NCBI GenBank assembly: GCA_965261545.1
Contig: CBDHDF010000002.1
Coordinates: 64,001-128,000 of the forward strand
Source of the DNA: Bdellovibrionales bacterium
GTDB lineage: Bacteria; Bdellovibrionota; Bdellovibrionia; Bdellovibrionales; UBA1609
Direction of reading: 5' to 3'
Length of the DNA: 64,000 nt
The position numbers and the translations under genes are program-made. Each line of letters begins with the position of its first letter. The stretch's first letter is position 1. The notes under the pieces were generated by a model. It had not been told where the DNA came from. It saw only the letters and a list, made by a program, of their open reading frames with translations, and searched no databases. Below are positions 51,973-63,826 of this stretch, piece after piece.

Positions 51973-54237
51973 TCAAGCTCTTAGTTGGTTTAAGGCGGAC
52001 CCCATTTTGAACCACTTGATTTGCTCTTCATTGAAGGAGTGGGAGAGTTCAATGGTTTCTATGGAATGATCACTGTGGGTGAGTTCCATGGTGAGGCTTT
52101 GGCCAGGAGTGAATTGTGCCAAGGGGTGAAGGGCCGCTCGGTCTGCTTCTTGAATTTTGTCGTAGTCCTTGGGCTGGGAGAATGTAAGGGCCAAAACCCC
52201 TTGTTTCTTCAAATTTGTTTCATGGATCCTCGCAAAGCTTTTGGCGATCACGGCCACCGCTCCCAGATGACGCGGGCACATGGCAGCATGCTCTCGGCTA
52301 CTACCTTCTCCATAATTTTCATCTCCCACGATGACCCAGCCTTGCCCCTTTTCCTTATAGGATCGGGCAATTTTGTTGTACTCTTCTTCTTCTCCCGTGA
52401 AAGCATGAAGACCCCGTCCTCGCCATTCAGGGTGAAAGGCATTGGTCGCTCCTAATAGCATATTGTTGGAGATATTATCCAGATGGCCGCGAAATTTTAG
52501 CCAAGGGCCAGCAGGAGAAATATGATCTGTGGTGCATTTACCAAGGACTTTGGCCAGTACGAGGAGGTTTTGAGGGTTTTTTTCATCCCATGGCTCAAAG
52601 GGAGTGAGTTGTTGTAGGCGATCCGAGGTCGGTGAGATTTGAACGGTGACACCTTGGCCCTGAGGTTTTTGGTAGGCGTCGGCATCGAATATAAATCCCG
52701 ATGGGGGAAGCTCTGGAGCCGTAGGAGCTTGAAGCTTGATTCCGCCTTTTCCATTTTGAGGGATGGGCAGTTCATCTGTTTCAGGATTAAAATCAAGTTT
52801 TCCCGCCAAGCCCATGGCCATAACAATTTCAGGGCTACCAATAAAGGAGAGAGTTTCAGGGTTGGCATCGTTGCGTCCACGAAAATTTCGGTTAAAACTA
52901 CTGATAATGGTATTGACCTGGCCTTTTTTAAAGTCGTCTCGCTTCCATTGTCCAATGCAGGGGCCGCAGGCATTGGATAAAACTGTAGCTCCCACTTCTT
53001 GGAGAGTTTTCATTTGTCCATCACGCTCGATGGTTTTTTTAATGAGAGAAGAACCTGGCGAAACCATAAATTTTTGTGGCATTTTTACGCCTTTGGACAT
53101 GGCTTGCTTGGCCACATGGGCGGCTCGGCCAATGTCTTCGTAGCTGGAGTTGGTGCAAGATCCAATGAGAGCGGCAGAAAGGTCGGTGGGCCAATTATTT
53201 TTTTGGGCTGCTTTTTTCACTTCACTCAATGGCCTTGCGGCATCGGGGGAATGAGGGCCAACGAGATGGGGCTCAAGAGTTGAAAGATCAATTTCAACCA
53301 CTTGGTCGTAGAATTTAGAGGGTTGTTCAATGACTTCAGGGTCTGCTGTCAGGACATCTTTGTAGGTGTTGGCAAGGGTGGCGAGGTGATGTCTTTGGGT
53401 TGCTTCTAAGTAAGTGGCCATTCTATGGTCATAGGGAAAAATGGAACAGGTGGCCCCAAGCTCTGCTCCCATATTGGTGATGGTGGCTTTTCCCGTGCAG
53501 CTTATAGATTGGCAGCCTTCACCGAAGTATTCGATTATTCTGTTGGTTCCACCTTTCACTGTGAGGAGTCCGCAGAGTTTGAGGATGACATCTTTGGGAG
53601 AAGTCCATCCTGAAAGTTGTCCTTTGAGGTAAACCCCTACATATTGAGGATTTTTCACCTCCCAAGGTAGACCTGCCATAACATCTGAGGCATCGGCCCC
53701 TCCGACTCCACTGGCCACCATGCCGAGTCCGCCTGCGTTGGGAGTGTGGGAGTCGGTTCCAATCATCAACCCCCCAGGGAAAGCGTAGTTTTCCAGGATG
53801 ACTTGGTGGATAATGCCTGCACCTGGCCTCCAGAAACCAATGTTGTAGCGACTTGAAACAGAGGAGAGAAAATCGTAGACCTCACGATTTTCGTCCATGG
53901 CTGTTTTCATGTCGATCTCCTCTCCTTCGTAGGCTCGAATGAGGTGGTCACAGTGGACGGTGGCGGGAACATCAGACTCCTCTCTGCCTGCCAGCATAAA
54001 TTGCAGCAGGGCCATTTGTGCTGTGGCATCTTGCATGGCCACTCGGTCGGGCTTGAGAAGCAAAAAACTTTCTCCTCGGGTGCAATTTTGGTTTTGGGGG
54101 TCATCGAGATGGCCAAAGAGGATTTTTTCACCAAGGGTCAGAGGTCTTTGGAGGCGTTTTTTTATAATCTCAAGGCGAGATCGAGAGGTTTCATAAACTT
54201 TCTTAACCATACCTTTTGTTGTTTCAATTTGTGCCAT
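51973..54237 (-). CDS. Aconitate hydratase (mitochondrial-type)
   Basis: [29 protein letters not shown] and GSSREHA. Confidence 0.95.
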   Translation of the reverse strand: MAQIETTKGMVKKVYETSRSRLEIIKKRLQRPLTLGEKILFGHLDDPQNQNCTRGESFLLLKPDRVAMQDATAQMALLQFMLAGREESDVPATVHCDHLIRAYEGEEIDMKTAMDENREVYDFLSSVSSRYNIGFWRPGAGIIHQVILENYAFPGGLMIGTDSHTPNAGGLGMVASGVGGADASDVMAGLPWEVKNPQYVGVYLKGQLSGWTSPKDVILKLCGLLTVKGGTNRIIEYFGEGCQSISCTGKATITNMGAELGATCSIFPYDHRMATYLEATQRHHLATLANTYKDVLTADPEVIEQPSKFYDQVVEIDLSTLEPHLVGPHSPDAARPLSEVKKAAQKNNWPTDLSAALIGSCTNSSYEDIGRAAHVAKQAMSKGVKMPQKFMVSPGSSLIKKTIERDGQMKTLQEVGATVLSNACGPCIGQWKRDDFKKGQVNTIISSFNRNFRGRNDANPETLSFIGSPEIVMAMGLAGKLDFNPETDELPIPQNGKGGIKLQAPTAPELPPSGFIFDADAYQKPQGQGVTVQISPTSDRLQQLTPFEPWDEKNPQNLLVLAKVLGKCTTDHISPAGPWLKFRGHLDNISNNMLLGATNAFHPEWRGRGLHAFTGEEEEYNKIARSYKEKGQGWVIVGDENYGEGSSREHAAMCPRHLGAVAVIAKSFARIHETNLKKQGVLALTFSQPKDYDKIQEADRAALHPLAQFTPGQSLTMELTHSDHSIETIELSHSFNEEQIKWFKMGSALNQLRA

Positions 54238-54697
54238 GGGCTTTTCCTTTTTTCTTGAGTGCTTTGCTTTGTCTTAAGTATGGTCGTGTGTTGTCTTCAT
54301 CAGTACATTAGTATCAGTACAATCGTATATTTGTCTTAGTGTGATAGTGCATTTAGTATACTGTAAGTGTATCTGATTTTGAACATCCAGTGCACCTAAT
54401 TTCGCACATTTCGGTATGTTTTTAATTGGGAGTTATCGAGACAGTGAAGAACTCCAGCGCAAACTGAATCATAGCCAAAAATACGAGCCCAGCCTATGAT
54501 AATTCCCTGAGGCCACGGAGTCGTCCCCAATGCCAACCTTGGTTGCCACTTGTTGTGTCGTCTCAACCATTGGTCGCAATGAAGAAATTATGACTGCCAG
54601 TACCGTAGTGGTTGTCTTTATAGTGCTTTTTGAGTCTATCTACTATAAGATTCTAGTCAGAGAGAGATAGAGACATTGAATATGTAGTCATCTCAGT

Positions 54698-55171
54698 GTG
54701 GAGTCTATGAACAATAATCTAAAAAATAATTTTTCGTGGAAAGACCGAAATGCTTGGATCAAGGCATCAAAAAATACATTTAATTGTCTGATTGGTTGTA
54801 GCATTGGAGACTTTGGAACGATCATTTGGTTTCAAACCTATAGACCTGAAATTCCCATTCTTCATGTTATGCCACTTGCAATGGCTATGGGTCTTTTGAC
54901 TTCCATTCTCTTTGAGGCCTCCATACTAAAGTTCAAAGAGAGTTTCACATGGATTCATGGAATTCGAATGGCATTTTCAATGAGTTTTCTCTCTATGTTA
55001 GGAATGGAAATAGCTGGAAATGCCACAGACTATTTTTTGACGAAGGGTGAAGTGAGCCCAAGTGAACCTTTCTACTGGGTGGCGATCGGAATCGCTTTGA
55101 TAGCTGGTTTTCTTGTGCCCCTTCCCTATAACTATTATAAATTCAAGAAACATGGAAAAAGCTGCCACTAG
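54698..55171 (+). CDS. DUF4396-like membrane protein
   Basis: TFNCLIGCSIGD, SMLGME and PYNY; several hydrophobic helices. Confidence 0.75.
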   Translation: MESMNNNLKNNFSWKDRNAWIKASKNTFNCLIGCSIGDFGTIIWFQTYRPEIPILHVMPLAMAMGLLTSILFEASILKFKESFTWIHGIRMAFSMSFLSMLGMEIAGNATDYFLTKGEVSPSEPFYWVAIGIALIAGFLVPLPYNYYKFKKHGKSCH

Positions 55172-55200
55172 AAATCTGCCATTAAAAAGCGAGGAAGGGA

Positions 55201-56490
55201 ATGACTTTGGATGACATTTGTTTTATTGGGGATATGAATCTCGCCCATCGAGCTGTGTTTATGCGCTTGGATCTCAATGTTCCCCTCAAGGATGGGGTGA
55301 TTCAGGATGAGACCCGTTTGGAAGCGGCTCTTCCATCCATTCAATATGCCTTGGACCAAGAGGCCAAGTTGATTTTGGCCTCTCATCTAGGGCGCCCCCA
55401 GGGTTTCAAAAAATATCAGGGCTCCAACAAACATCGGGGCTTCAACAAACATCAGGGTTCCAGCAAGTATCGCAAAGAATTCAGTTTGGAACCGGTGGCT
55501 CGAAGACTCAATGAGTTACTAGATGTGGAAGTTATTTTGGTGGAAGAGCTTGTGAGTGATATCCCAAGAGCCCTTTTGCAATCTTGGAAAGCGGGTCAAC
55601 TCATTTTGTTGGAGAATCTTCGCTTTGATCCTGGTGAGATGCAAAACAATGAGAGCTTAGTTCGTCAATGGGCTCGTGATATTGATGTGTATATTAACGA
55701 TGCCTTTGGGGCGAGTCATCGGGCTCATAGTAGTATTGTGGGCCTTCCTGCGATGATTCAGGAGTCTGGCATGGGATTTCTTATGAAAAAAGAAATTGAG
55801 GCTTTAAGCTCACTCCTTCATAGTGCACAGTCACCTTTTGCGGTGGTTCTTGGTGGGTCCAAGGTGAGTGATAAAATAGTGGCTATGGATCATCTCATGG
55901 ACCGGGTGGATGTTTTGATGATTGGTGGTGCCATGGCCTATACCTTTCTCAAATCCCAGGGAGTTTCCGTGGGAGACTCCTTAGTGGAGAAAGACAAATT
56001 ACATGTGGCTAGGAACTTTTGCGAAAGGATGGAGAGTCGAGGCAAAAAAGTTCTTCTCCCTGTGGACCATTTGGTGGTACCCAGCCTTAAGAGCTTGGAT
56101 TCTTGTCAAGTGACAAGAGGTGTAGAGATTGATAGTGGGAGGATAGCTGTGGATATCGGCCCTCAAACCATAGATATTTTTCAAGGGGAAATTTCCACCA
56201 TGAAGACTATTTTTTGGAATGGTCCCATGGGTATTTTTGAAGAATCTTCTTGCAGTGCCGGTACTTTTGCCGTGGCTGAGGCCATGGGTAAAAATGAGGG
56301 GGCTTTTACAGTGGTGGGGGGGGGAGACTCGGTTTCTGCTGTTTGCGCTTCAGGTTATGGGAATAAAATGACTCATATTTCTACGGGAGGAGGGGCCAGC
56401 TTGGAATATCTACAAGGTCGCTCCCTACCGGGAATTCTTGCCCTTCATCGGAAGCAAAAATTAAGTCCCACCCTTCTTTCTGAATGTTAA
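55201..56490 (+). CDS. pgk: Phosphoglycerate kinase
   Basis: RLDLNVP, SHLGRP, LLENLRF, GGGDS and STGGGASLE. Confidence 0.97.
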   Translation: MTLDDICFIGDMNLAHRAVFMRLDLNVPLKDGVIQDETRLEAALPSIQYALDQEAKLILASHLGRPQGFKKYQGSNKHRGFNKHQGSSKYRKEFSLEPVARRLNELLDVEVILVEELVSDIPRALLQSWKAGQLILLENLRFDPGEMQNNESLVRQWARDIDVYINDAFGASHRAHSSIVGLPAMIQESGMGFLMKKEIEALSSLLHSAQSPFAVVLGGSKVSDKIVAMDHLMDRVDVLMIGGAMAYTFLKSQGVSVGDSLVEKDKLHVARNFCERMESRGKKVLLPVDHLVVPSLKSLDSCQVTRGVEIDSGRIAVDIGPQTIDIFQGEISTMKTIFWNGPMGIFEESSCSAGTFAVAEAMGKNEGAFTVVGGGDSVSAVCASGYGNKMTHISTGGGASLEYLQGRSLPGILALHRKQKLSPTLLSEC

Positions 56491-58614
56491 GAGGGATTCA
56501 CCAAGATTTATTTCATCAAGACTTCTCTCTTCTTTAATAATTTCGTAAACCTCAATGGACTTTTTCTTGCCTTTGACCAGTTGGATGCCCTTGCTAACAA
56601 CACGAAGGGATTTATCAAGAGATAAAAGATCTTCAGGGGGAATGCCTGCAACAAGAATTTTGGCATCGAGGGATTTGCATAGGCTATCTAAACGGGAGGC
56701 CGTGTTGACCGCATCTGAGAGAACGGTCATCTCCATGCGGCGATCCACTCCTAGGGGACCTAGGATAACCTCGCCTTGACATATACCAATGCCACAGGAA
56801 ATAGGTGCTCTCTGAGTTTCTATTCGCTTTTTGTTGTATATAGTGAGTGCTCTTTGAATCTCCACTCCTGATTTTACAGCAGAAAGGGGATTGACAAAAA
56901 TAGCCATGAGGCAATCGCCGATGAATTTGTCAATGATGCCACCATTTTGTCGAATGATGGGAGAAAGACGACTGTAATAGCTATTGAGAAACTTGAGAAC
57001 TTCGTCAGGGCGCATGCCCTCACAAAGACTTGTGAAGTCTCTAAGGTCACTGAAGAAGATCGTGAACTCTTTGAGGGCACCGTCACCTAAGCGAATATCA
57101 AAAACATCTTTGTACCCCATTTGATCTAGAATTTCAAAGGGCACAAAGCGTGAATAGGACTGAGAGAGTTTTTGGGTTTTTTCCAGGGCGATTCTCAGAT
57201 TTTCTTTAGATCTGGCTTTCTCAATGGCAATGGCTGATTGGGACCCAATGGTGCCTATGATATTTAAATCGTCCTTGGAGAGTTGTTTCATAGAGTGATA
57301 ACAATCAGCTATAAGAACACCATATTTCTCATTGGCTGCTTGAATAGGAACAGCTGCAAAAGAGGATGAGTGAGACATTTCAAGGATCTGTCGGCTGATT
57401 TCATCCTCCAAGGTGCTGAGATGTTGTTTCACATCTTCAATGAGAATAGGGATACCGTGGGTATAGACATTGGAGAGTTTTTTGGGGTCTGATGAGGGGA
57501 TGGTTGTGTCAAGACTCATATGCTTTATTTTAGCTTCTAGGTGGGGCTCGACCCCATATCCCGCAGTGTAGTGGAGTTTTGATTTGTCACTATTTGCCAA
57601 AAAAACGATAGAGCGGTCAAAGTACAGAATCTGTGACAGGGATTTGCATGTGGCCACGAGAACTTGTTCTTCGGTGTCTGAACTTGAGATGACTCTGACA
57701 ACAGTGGTGAGAGCGAGAGTTTCAGAAACCTTTCGGCTGAGTCCCTGATTGGCAATACTAAGTTTTTCAAACTGTTCATCCAATTGTATGAGGTCTTTTG
57801 AGAAGCTTTCTGTTTTTTCGCTGATATCTTTGTTATTTTTAAAGGTATTAAAGGCGACTCCTAGGAGAGAAGTTATCAAGGCAAGAGTGAGAGAAGAGCT
57901 ATAGTCGTCAATAATAAACCAAAACATTGTCAATGAGATGGCATAGAAACTAAGAAAAACCATGGTGTTGTCAACGATGTTCCAAGATCGGAGTTCATGG
58001 GGATAGTGGACCAAAAGAGAGTAGGCGTGCCCTTCAAGTTCTCTGAGGCTGACCTTTGACTGGGGAAGACCTTTGGGTGTGGGAATGGCCGCATAATACC
58101 CCATGGTGTTTGTCATATAGTCTGGCATGCGAGAGAGGAGGACCTCTCTTTCAAAGGGGTTGAGGTTATTCAGTAGGGGGGTGACTTTGTAGCTGATGGA
58201 GTTATTGCGGTGGTTTGTGATTTCAATTTTGAAGACTTTGTTGATGAGGGAGGTGACAAAGGGTAGTTTTTTGTAAAGTGTGGGAACTCTCAGAATATTG
58301 TAAGCAAAGTAAAAGATAGATTTGCCTAAAACTTCTTTCTGAACGCCAAATTCTCCCACTTTTCTTAAAAGATTTTTATCTTTGATACGTCTTTGCAGAG
58401 CTTCCATAAATTTTTTTTCGAAGATGACAGAGACCCAGTTGTCTTCATCAGTGAGATATTCCATATTTAGTCCTGCTTCTTGACAAACCTCAGGAAGGTA
58501 AACTTCGGGGTGAAATTGTTTGATATAATAAATGTATGATTTAAAAACAGTGGTTCTCAGGTGTCTTTGAGTTAATGTTGAGTCTATATGCTGTTGTGGA
58601 TTATTTTTGCCCAC
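56461..58614 (-). CDS. Membrane class III adenylate cyclase with GAF domain
   Basis: Two TM helices, GAF domain, [14 protein letters not shown] and DAVNTASRL; start uncertain. Confidence 0.88.
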   Translation of the reverse strand: MGKNNPQQHIDSTLTQRHLRTTVFKSYIYYIKQFHPEVYLPEVCQEAGLNMEYLTDEDNWVSVIFEKKFMEALQRRIKDKNLLRKVGEFGVQKEVLGKSIFYFAYNILRVPTLYKKLPFVTSLINKVFKIEITNHRNNSISYKVTPLLNNLNPFEREVLLSRMPDYMTNTMGYYAAIPTPKGLPQSKVSLRELEGHAYSLLVHYPHELRSWNIVDNTMVFLSFYAISLTMFWFIIDDYSSSLTLALITSLLGVAFNTFKNNKDISEKTESFSKDLIQLDEQFEKLSIANQGLSRKVSETLALTTVVRVISSSDTEEQVLVATCKSLSQILYFDRSIVFLANSDKSKLHYTAGYGVEPHLEAKIKHMSLDTTIPSSDPKKLSNVYTHGIPILIEDVKQHLSTLEDEISRQILEMSHSSSFAAVPIQAANEKYGVLIADCYHSMKQLSKDDLNIIGTIGSQSAIAIEKARSKENLRIALEKTQKLSQSYSRFVPFEILDQMGYKDVFDIRLGDGALKEFTIFFSDLRDFTSLCEGMRPDEVLKFLNSYYSRLSPIIRQNGGIIDKFIGDCLMAIFVNPLSAVKSGVEIQRALTIYNKKRIETQRAPISCGIGICQGEVILGPLGVDRRMEMTVLSDAVNTASRLDSLCKSLDAKILVAGIPPEDLLSLDKSLRVVSKGIQLVKGKKKSIEVYEIIKEERSLDEINLGESLLTFRKKGGT

Positions 58615-58842
58615 GTCTTTCCGGACTCCTCTAAATAATTTTGAGACCTACCTATTTTGAGACCTATATCTAGTATGCATCATTTTGAGCTTTTCGTAAA
58701 TACTGTTGTCATAGATCAATCAAATTAGAAGTTCACGGAGGGGAGAGGTGGAGGTTCTTTAAAGGGTAGGCCTCTGTTGCAGAGTAAAAGTGGGATATAG
58801 CCGTAAAAGTGGGATATAGCCGTAAAAGTGTGAGCCATCGAC

Positions 58843-59493
58843 TTATATTTGTATTCCTAGTATTTCTTTTCTAAAGCGATGGCTAGGGGCGAAGTCTTTG
58901 CCCATGTACATTCGGAGTAATATTTTGTTAAATTCATGTCCCCCTTCAATGGTTCCCTGGCTTTTATTTTTACCCTTGAGTTCCAAAGTGACACTTTCAC
59001 TATGAAAGGTAAGAGACAAGTTTTCATTCTTACCCACATCTTTGATGAGTTCATTGAAGGTTTTAAGCTGATTTTTTAATTTCTCACAATGAGACTGGCA
59101 AGATTTATTGTAACCTTTGGTAAAACCGTCTTGAACTTGAGTGGCCTTTAGGTTCCTTAAGAAATGCATATGGAGAAACTTTGTTTCCTTGCTTTCAATA
59201 GTAGCTTGAGAGTTTTGAGACGGAGTCTTAAGGTAGAGTCCAGCTATATAGACTTTAAAGAAGATTTTGGCTTTGCGAAGAGCCATTCCATTGAGTTGTA
59301 AAGTTTTCCCTGAAACTTCCATAGTGTCACTCATGGTGATCTTGTGGTGAGTTTTTGATTTTGACCTCTCGATAGGGAGAAGAGAAAAGATAAGTATAAA
59401 AATTATGTTCATCAATACTATATTATTCTTCTTCATTATGAGATTTTTTATGATAAGACTCTTGACTTTCTTTACGCTCCTCACTCTTTTCAC
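58843..59493 (-). CDS. Chalcone isomerase-like secreted protein
   Basis: LQLNGMALRK..FFKVYIAGLYL; true start probably downstream of 59493. Confidence 0.8.
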   Translation of the reverse strand: MKRVRSVKKVKSLIIKNLIMKKNNIVLMNIIFILIFSLLPIERSKSKTHHKITMSDTMEVSGKTLQLNGMALRKAKIFFKVYIAGLYLKTPSQNSQATIESKETKFLHMHFLRNLKATQVQDGFTKGYNKSCQSHCEKLKNQLKTFNELIKDVGKNENLSLTFHSESVTLELKGKNKSQGTIEGGHEFNKILLRMYMGKDFAPSHRFRKEILGIQI

Positions 59494-59537
59494 TGACGTC
59501 TCCTTCTTTCGGTGTGTGTTCGTGCTTTGAATGTGAA

Positions 59538-60683
59538 TTATTTGTGCAAAAACATGGCTTTAAACTGTCCTTCTCTGACAATCTGACTCCCAACGGAGAT
59601 GAGTATATCTCCAATCAAACGGGCGTGTTCACCAAAGGGTGAGAACTGCAGTTCAAATTCGAAGATGCGGTCAGTTTCATTTCCAGATAGATCTTTTTCT
59701 CTGAATTTAAATTTCAAAACGTTGTTAGAAGAAAAGCTTACACCGTAGATAGAGCTGTTGGGGTGCAATTCCCATTTATGATCGTCTCTTTGTCGATATT
59801 CAGTTTCATAAAATTGCCCATTATCCCAATGGCCTAAGCGGATAATAATTTTTTCGTGATGGCTTAAATCAAAGTAATTATCTTGGCTTGCTGTTTCTTT
59901 GTAAGTTTTTAACCAATTGACCTGAGCTTTGTTATTGATAATTCGCTTTGGGAAACCATTGCTGTCAATAAGTTGATTGCCATCATCATCGTAGACAAAA
60001 GAAGAGGCTTGAGGATCAAGAAGTTGTTGGACAAGGTTCACTTGCTTTAATTGGTGAGCACTTATTTTTTCCAATCGCTTCTTTACAAGTTCCTCTTGTT
60101 TTTTGAGGGGGGCAAGCTCTTCTTGCAGTGCTTTCTTAGTTTTAAAGACATCTTTAATGAGTTGAGACACTTCCTCTATTTTCTTTTTATAAAAGTCTTT
60201 GTCTTTTTCCTTGGATTTACCCATTTCTTTTTCTAAATTTTTTTTCTTCTTTTTTAATTCCGTTCTCTTTTGATTCAGATTCTTAATTTGAGCAAGAATA
60301 GGATCTTTCTTTTCTCTGATTTCATTGAGCTTTATTGCCACCTCTTTCGTTGCTTGAAAATAGCGCAACGTCCATTGGTCAAATTCATCACTGGCTAAGA
60401 ATATAGATGCGGCAGTTTGGTCAATGTAAGATGGATAATTTTGATAGGAATCCAATAAATTTAATTGCTGGCCTCTCTTAAAAAACTCTTTGCTGGGCCA
60501 AAGAAAAGCAATAAGTGATTCAGGACCTGTATTGAAATGAGATATCTTTAATGAACTCTCTTTAAGAGAAGGTACTATAAGCGGTTGTTTTTCAGCTTGG
60601 TCGTAATGGATTTTATTGCATGAAGTTACTAGGAGGCTTAGAAATAAAAAGGAAATAAGAAAGATTCTTCGGTGCTTTTTCAT
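59538..60683 (-). CDS. Hypothetical coiled-coil lipoprotein
   Basis: Lipobox VTSC and a long K/E-rich helix. Confidence 0.7.
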   Translation of the reverse strand: MKKHRRIFLISFLFLSLLVTSCNKIHYDQAEKQPLIVPSLKESSLKISHFNTGPESLIAFLWPSKEFFKRGQQLNLLDSYQNYPSYIDQTAASIFLASDEFDQWTLRYFQATKEVAIKLNEIREKKDPILAQIKNLNQKRTELKKKKKNLEKEMGKSKEKDKDFYKKKIEEVSQLIKDVFKTKKALQEELAPLKKQEELVKKRLEKISAHQLKQVNLVQQLLDPQASSFVYDDDGNQLIDSNGFPKRIINNKAQVNWLKTYKETASQDNYFDLSHHEKIIIRLGHWDNGQFYETEYRQRDDHKWELHPNSSIYGVSFSSNNVLKFKFREKDLSGNETDRIFEFELQFSPFGEHARLIGDILISVGSQIVREGQFKAMFLHK

Positions 60684-60717
60684 ATGTCATACCTCTAAAA
60701 TAATCATAAATTGATTC

Positions 60718-62031
60718 TTAGAAAAAGATCGCTGCTTCAGCGACAATCGAAACATCTTTTGTAACATTCTGACCCTTGAATGGAATTCCAGCGATGAGGT
60801 TAAAATCAAGAGGAATAGGAAATTGTTTTTTTCGAAATAGAGAGATTGTGGAATAACTGATACCCATTTGTAAACCATGGAGTCTTTGAAGGCTGTCTTT
60901 ACCTAAAAATCTATAGCGAATGGGCTCATATTGATTTCCTCGATACTCATCTCTTTGTTTATACTGAAAGGTGTACTGACTCTTTATTTTAATATCTTTA
61001 TAGAGGTTCAAACTTCCACCAATACTGAGGTACAGTTGGTCGCCTAAGTCTCTAAAAATTTGCCCATCTAAGTCAGGGGAAAGAGAACTTTCTCTATCTT
61101 TAGGGACTCTCCTTGCGACTTTATCTGAAGATTGCCAGTTGTATTCCCACTGGGTCCAAAGGGTGATTTGGTCCTCTAAATAATACTGTCCTATAATGCC
61201 CGCACTTAGATCCCATTGGCCATCACCTGTGGGCACATCAACGACCTGGTGAATATCAATACTTCGTCCTGTGGGTAGTGTGCATTTACTTATCAAAGCT
61301 AGTTTGTAGGGGATAGTATCATAAAGTTGCACCTTATTGATGAAGCGAATATCTGCCAATGAAGTTTTCTCACTGTACGAAAGAGGTGGAGGAAGTGGTT
61401 TGTAGCCATAGTCGTCAGCTTTGTCGGGAATCACTCTGTCTGTTTGGCGTTTGACTTCTTGGGCTTTGAACCTCTTTCCTTCAGTTGGCAGCATGTCAAC
61501 GATGCCGCGCAGATCCGAAGAAGCGACAAAGCCTGTATCCACATGGGTTCGAGTTTTCACAATGGGAAGGACAAAGGCCATGGTCCACTTCTTTGTGACT
61601 CCAAGAGCAAAAATAGGGATCTGAGCATCAACTTCTACGTTGACCTCGCCGGTAACTTTCCCTGCCACATCCTCCATGTTGCGGCCATGTCGAGTGAGAT
61701 AGCCCTTAAGGATGCCTTTTTTCACTTCCGTTTCTTGGCTGTCGACGAGGCGTTCATAGCTAATATCCATATTCATGGCATGACCGACTCCCACCACAGT
61801 TTCCGAGGAGCCAAACTTATCATTGGCTTCTCCCATCAGGTAATTGTAGCGTAGATTACGAACGCCCTTGGGAAGGACTTCAGCACTATCAAAGTAAAAA
61901 GGAAGACTTAGATTGCCTCCCCAGACCACTGTAGACAGGAATAATATCTTGAAAAGAAATAATATCTTGGAAAAGAATAATGTTTTGGAGATAAATCCCC
62001 CATAGTTTATTCCCACATGGGATGGGGACAC
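60718..62031 (-). CDS. Putative outer-membrane beta-barrel protein
   Basis: Signal-like N-terminus, LPTG...TGDGQWD motif and C-terminal Phe. Confidence 0.6.
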   Translation of the reverse strand: MSPSHVGINYGGFISKTLFFSKILFLFKILFLSTVVWGGNLSLPFYFDSAEVLPKGVRNLRYNYLMGEANDKFGSSETVVGVGHAMNMDISYERLVDSQETEVKKGILKGYLTRHGRNMEDVAGKVTGEVNVEVDAQIPIFALGVTKKWTMAFVLPIVKTRTHVDTGFVASSDLRGIVDMLPTEGKRFKAQEVKRQTDRVIPDKADDYGYKPLPPPLSYSEKTSLADIRFINKVQLYDTIPYKLALISKCTLPTGRSIDIHQVVDVPTGDGQWDLSAGIIGQYYLEDQITLWTQWEYNWQSSDKVARRVPKDRESSLSPDLDGQIFRDLGDQLYLSIGGSLNLYKDIKIKSQYTFQYKQRDEYRGNQYEPIRYRFLGKDSLQRLHGLQMGISYSTISLFRKKQFPIPLDFNLIAGIPFKGQNVTKDVSIVAEAAIFF

Positions 62032-62129
62032 TTTTTAGCTCAGAGTGAATTGACGAGCTGCCCAGATGCCCCACCACCCACCGAATGGGATTTTGGAGTT
62101 GTTCTTTTTCTGTTCTACCTAATTATTAA

Positions 62130-63032
62130 TTATTGATGACATTTAAATTTTCTCGACTTTCTTTTTTTCATAGCTAAGGCTATTTCAGATTTTGTTTCAG
62201 GAATTCGAGTGTCCATTAGGGCCTCAGGGTCTTGTTGAACAAAGGTGTTTAAAATCTCACAAGCCTGTACTCTTTTCTTAAAGTGTATGAGAATGTCTGC
62301 ATAATAGAGGTTGTTAAGTCCGTAAACAGAAACGGGAAGTGTCTCACCTTTGTCATTCACAAAAAGTGTGCCATTGAAGGCTGCTTCCATATTCACGAGA
62401 GCCTTTTTCTTGTTTCCAACGGGGCTCAGAAATCCAGGAATTCGCATTCTGATTCGACCTAAGACCCGGTGGGCTCCGTAGTGGTAAATATCTTCATAGC
62501 CTAGCTCAAGGATCATAGTCATAGTATTTTCCACTTTAACAGCATTCTTACCACTAAAACTATATTGGAGAGTTTGTGCTAAACTGGCACCATACCAATA
62601 CAAAGCCCAAGTTTTGAGTTCTTCTTGTTCATCATCCTCTGGATCAGCAAACAATTGAACAATAGCATCTGCTGCTAAATAGGCCTTTTTAAAGAGGTCT
62701 TCCGATTTCTCTTGCCCTGCAACATAGTAGAGAGCCGTCACTTGTTTCATCACCATTTTGGCTTTGATCAAATTATCTTCGGTCTCTTTTGCCAGTTCTT
62801 CATAAATATCGGCTGCTGCTTGGGCATGGCTTATATCTACACCGCGTAGGCTATAAAGGTTGTCAGCCATTTCTTCCTTGCCAACTTCCTCCTCAAAGGT
62901 ATTGTCAACTGTAGACTTAATGGCTGTTTTTTTCAGCACAAGCTCAGTGCTGGTGGCATAAGCAAAAATAGTGTTGAGAAATAGAAATGAGACTCCTAGA
63001 AGAATTATTTTAAATACTTTAAAATTTGTCAT
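62130..63032 (-). CDS. Secreted TPR-like helical protein
   Basis: Signal peptide, YGAHRVLGRI..RIP motif and GGAGG RBS. Confidence 0.6.
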   Translation of the reverse strand: MTNFKVFKIILLGVSFLFLNTIFAYATSTELVLKKTAIKSTVDNTFEEEVGKEEMADNLYSLRGVDISHAQAAADIYEELAKETEDNLIKAKMVMKQVTALYYVAGQEKSEDLFKKAYLAADAIVQLFADPEDDEQEELKTWALYWYGASLAQTLQYSFSGKNAVKVENTMTMILELGYEDIYHYGAHRVLGRIRMRIPGFLSPVGNKKKALVNMEAAFNGTLFVNDKGETLPVSVYGLNNLYYADILIHFKKRVQACEILNTFVQQDPEALMDTRIPETKSEIALAMKKRKSRKFKCHQ

Positions 63033-63206
63033 AGTGAGGACCTCCTATTAGGCCGTATGATTGGTTTATGGTTATAGCTTTTATTTGTGTAGGTTGGTAT
63101 ATAGTTAGGAGGTGAACTCTGTCAATAAATTAAATTCAAAAAATTAAGTTCAAGGAAACCCAAAGCAGAGAGAGTCGTTATTTAAGGCAGAAAAAATTGT
63201 TACCTA

Positions 63207-63313
63207 GTTCCTGTCCAGGAATGGCTCTTTTTCGCCAATTTGCTTCTCCTACTCAAACCTAACGGGATTTGAGAGATAAAATATTCAAAAAAAGGTTATT
63301 CTCGGACAGGAAC
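63207..63313. mobile_element. 107-bp MITE sharing ends with the IS5/ISNCY element
   Basis: GTTCCTGTCC...GGACAGGAAC with 6-bp duplication TACCTA at 63201-63206 and 63314-63319. Confidence 0.85.
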
Positions 63314-63316
63314 TAC

Positions 63317-63745
63317 CTACGATCGAAGAATATCTCCAGGATTTCCGAAAAAGAGATTGAGTTCTCTTTCAGCACTGGCGGGGCTATCACTGCCGTGAAC
63401 AGCATTTTCACCCACATTGTCGCCAAATTCAGATCGAATGGTATCTGGCTTGGCATCTTTGGGGTCTGTGGCTCCCATAATCTCACGATTTTTGTTAATG
63501 GCATCCTCGCCCGAAAGAGCGAGAATCATGATGGGGCTAGATATCATAAAGTCCACAAGTTCATTAAAAAAGGGGCGTTCTTTATGTTCGCTGTAAAATT
63601 CTTCGGCCTTGCTTCGGGTCAGTTGGATGAGTTTAGCAGCGGCGATTCGTAGCCCATGTTTTTCAAACTGATTGATAATGGCGCCAATGGCATTTTTCTT
63701 GATGGCATTTGGCTTGATGATGCTAAATGTTGTTTCTATGGTCAT
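63317..63745 (-). CDS. ndk: Nucleoside diphosphate kinase
   Basis: [14 protein letters not shown] and NAVHGSDS. Confidence 0.96.
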   Translation of the reverse strand: MTIETTFSIIKPNAIKKNAIGAIINQFEKHGLRIAAAKLIQLTRSKAEEFYSEHKERPFFNELVDFMISSPIMILALSGEDAINKNREIMGATDPKDAKPDTIRSEFGDNVGENAVHGSDSPASAERELNLFFGNPGDILRS

Positions 63746-63826
63746 ACTTGGATCTCCATATTCTCCATGTATAAGAGGCTCAGATGTCACAACCTACACT
63801 TCACACAGATCTTTGCCAACTTTATC

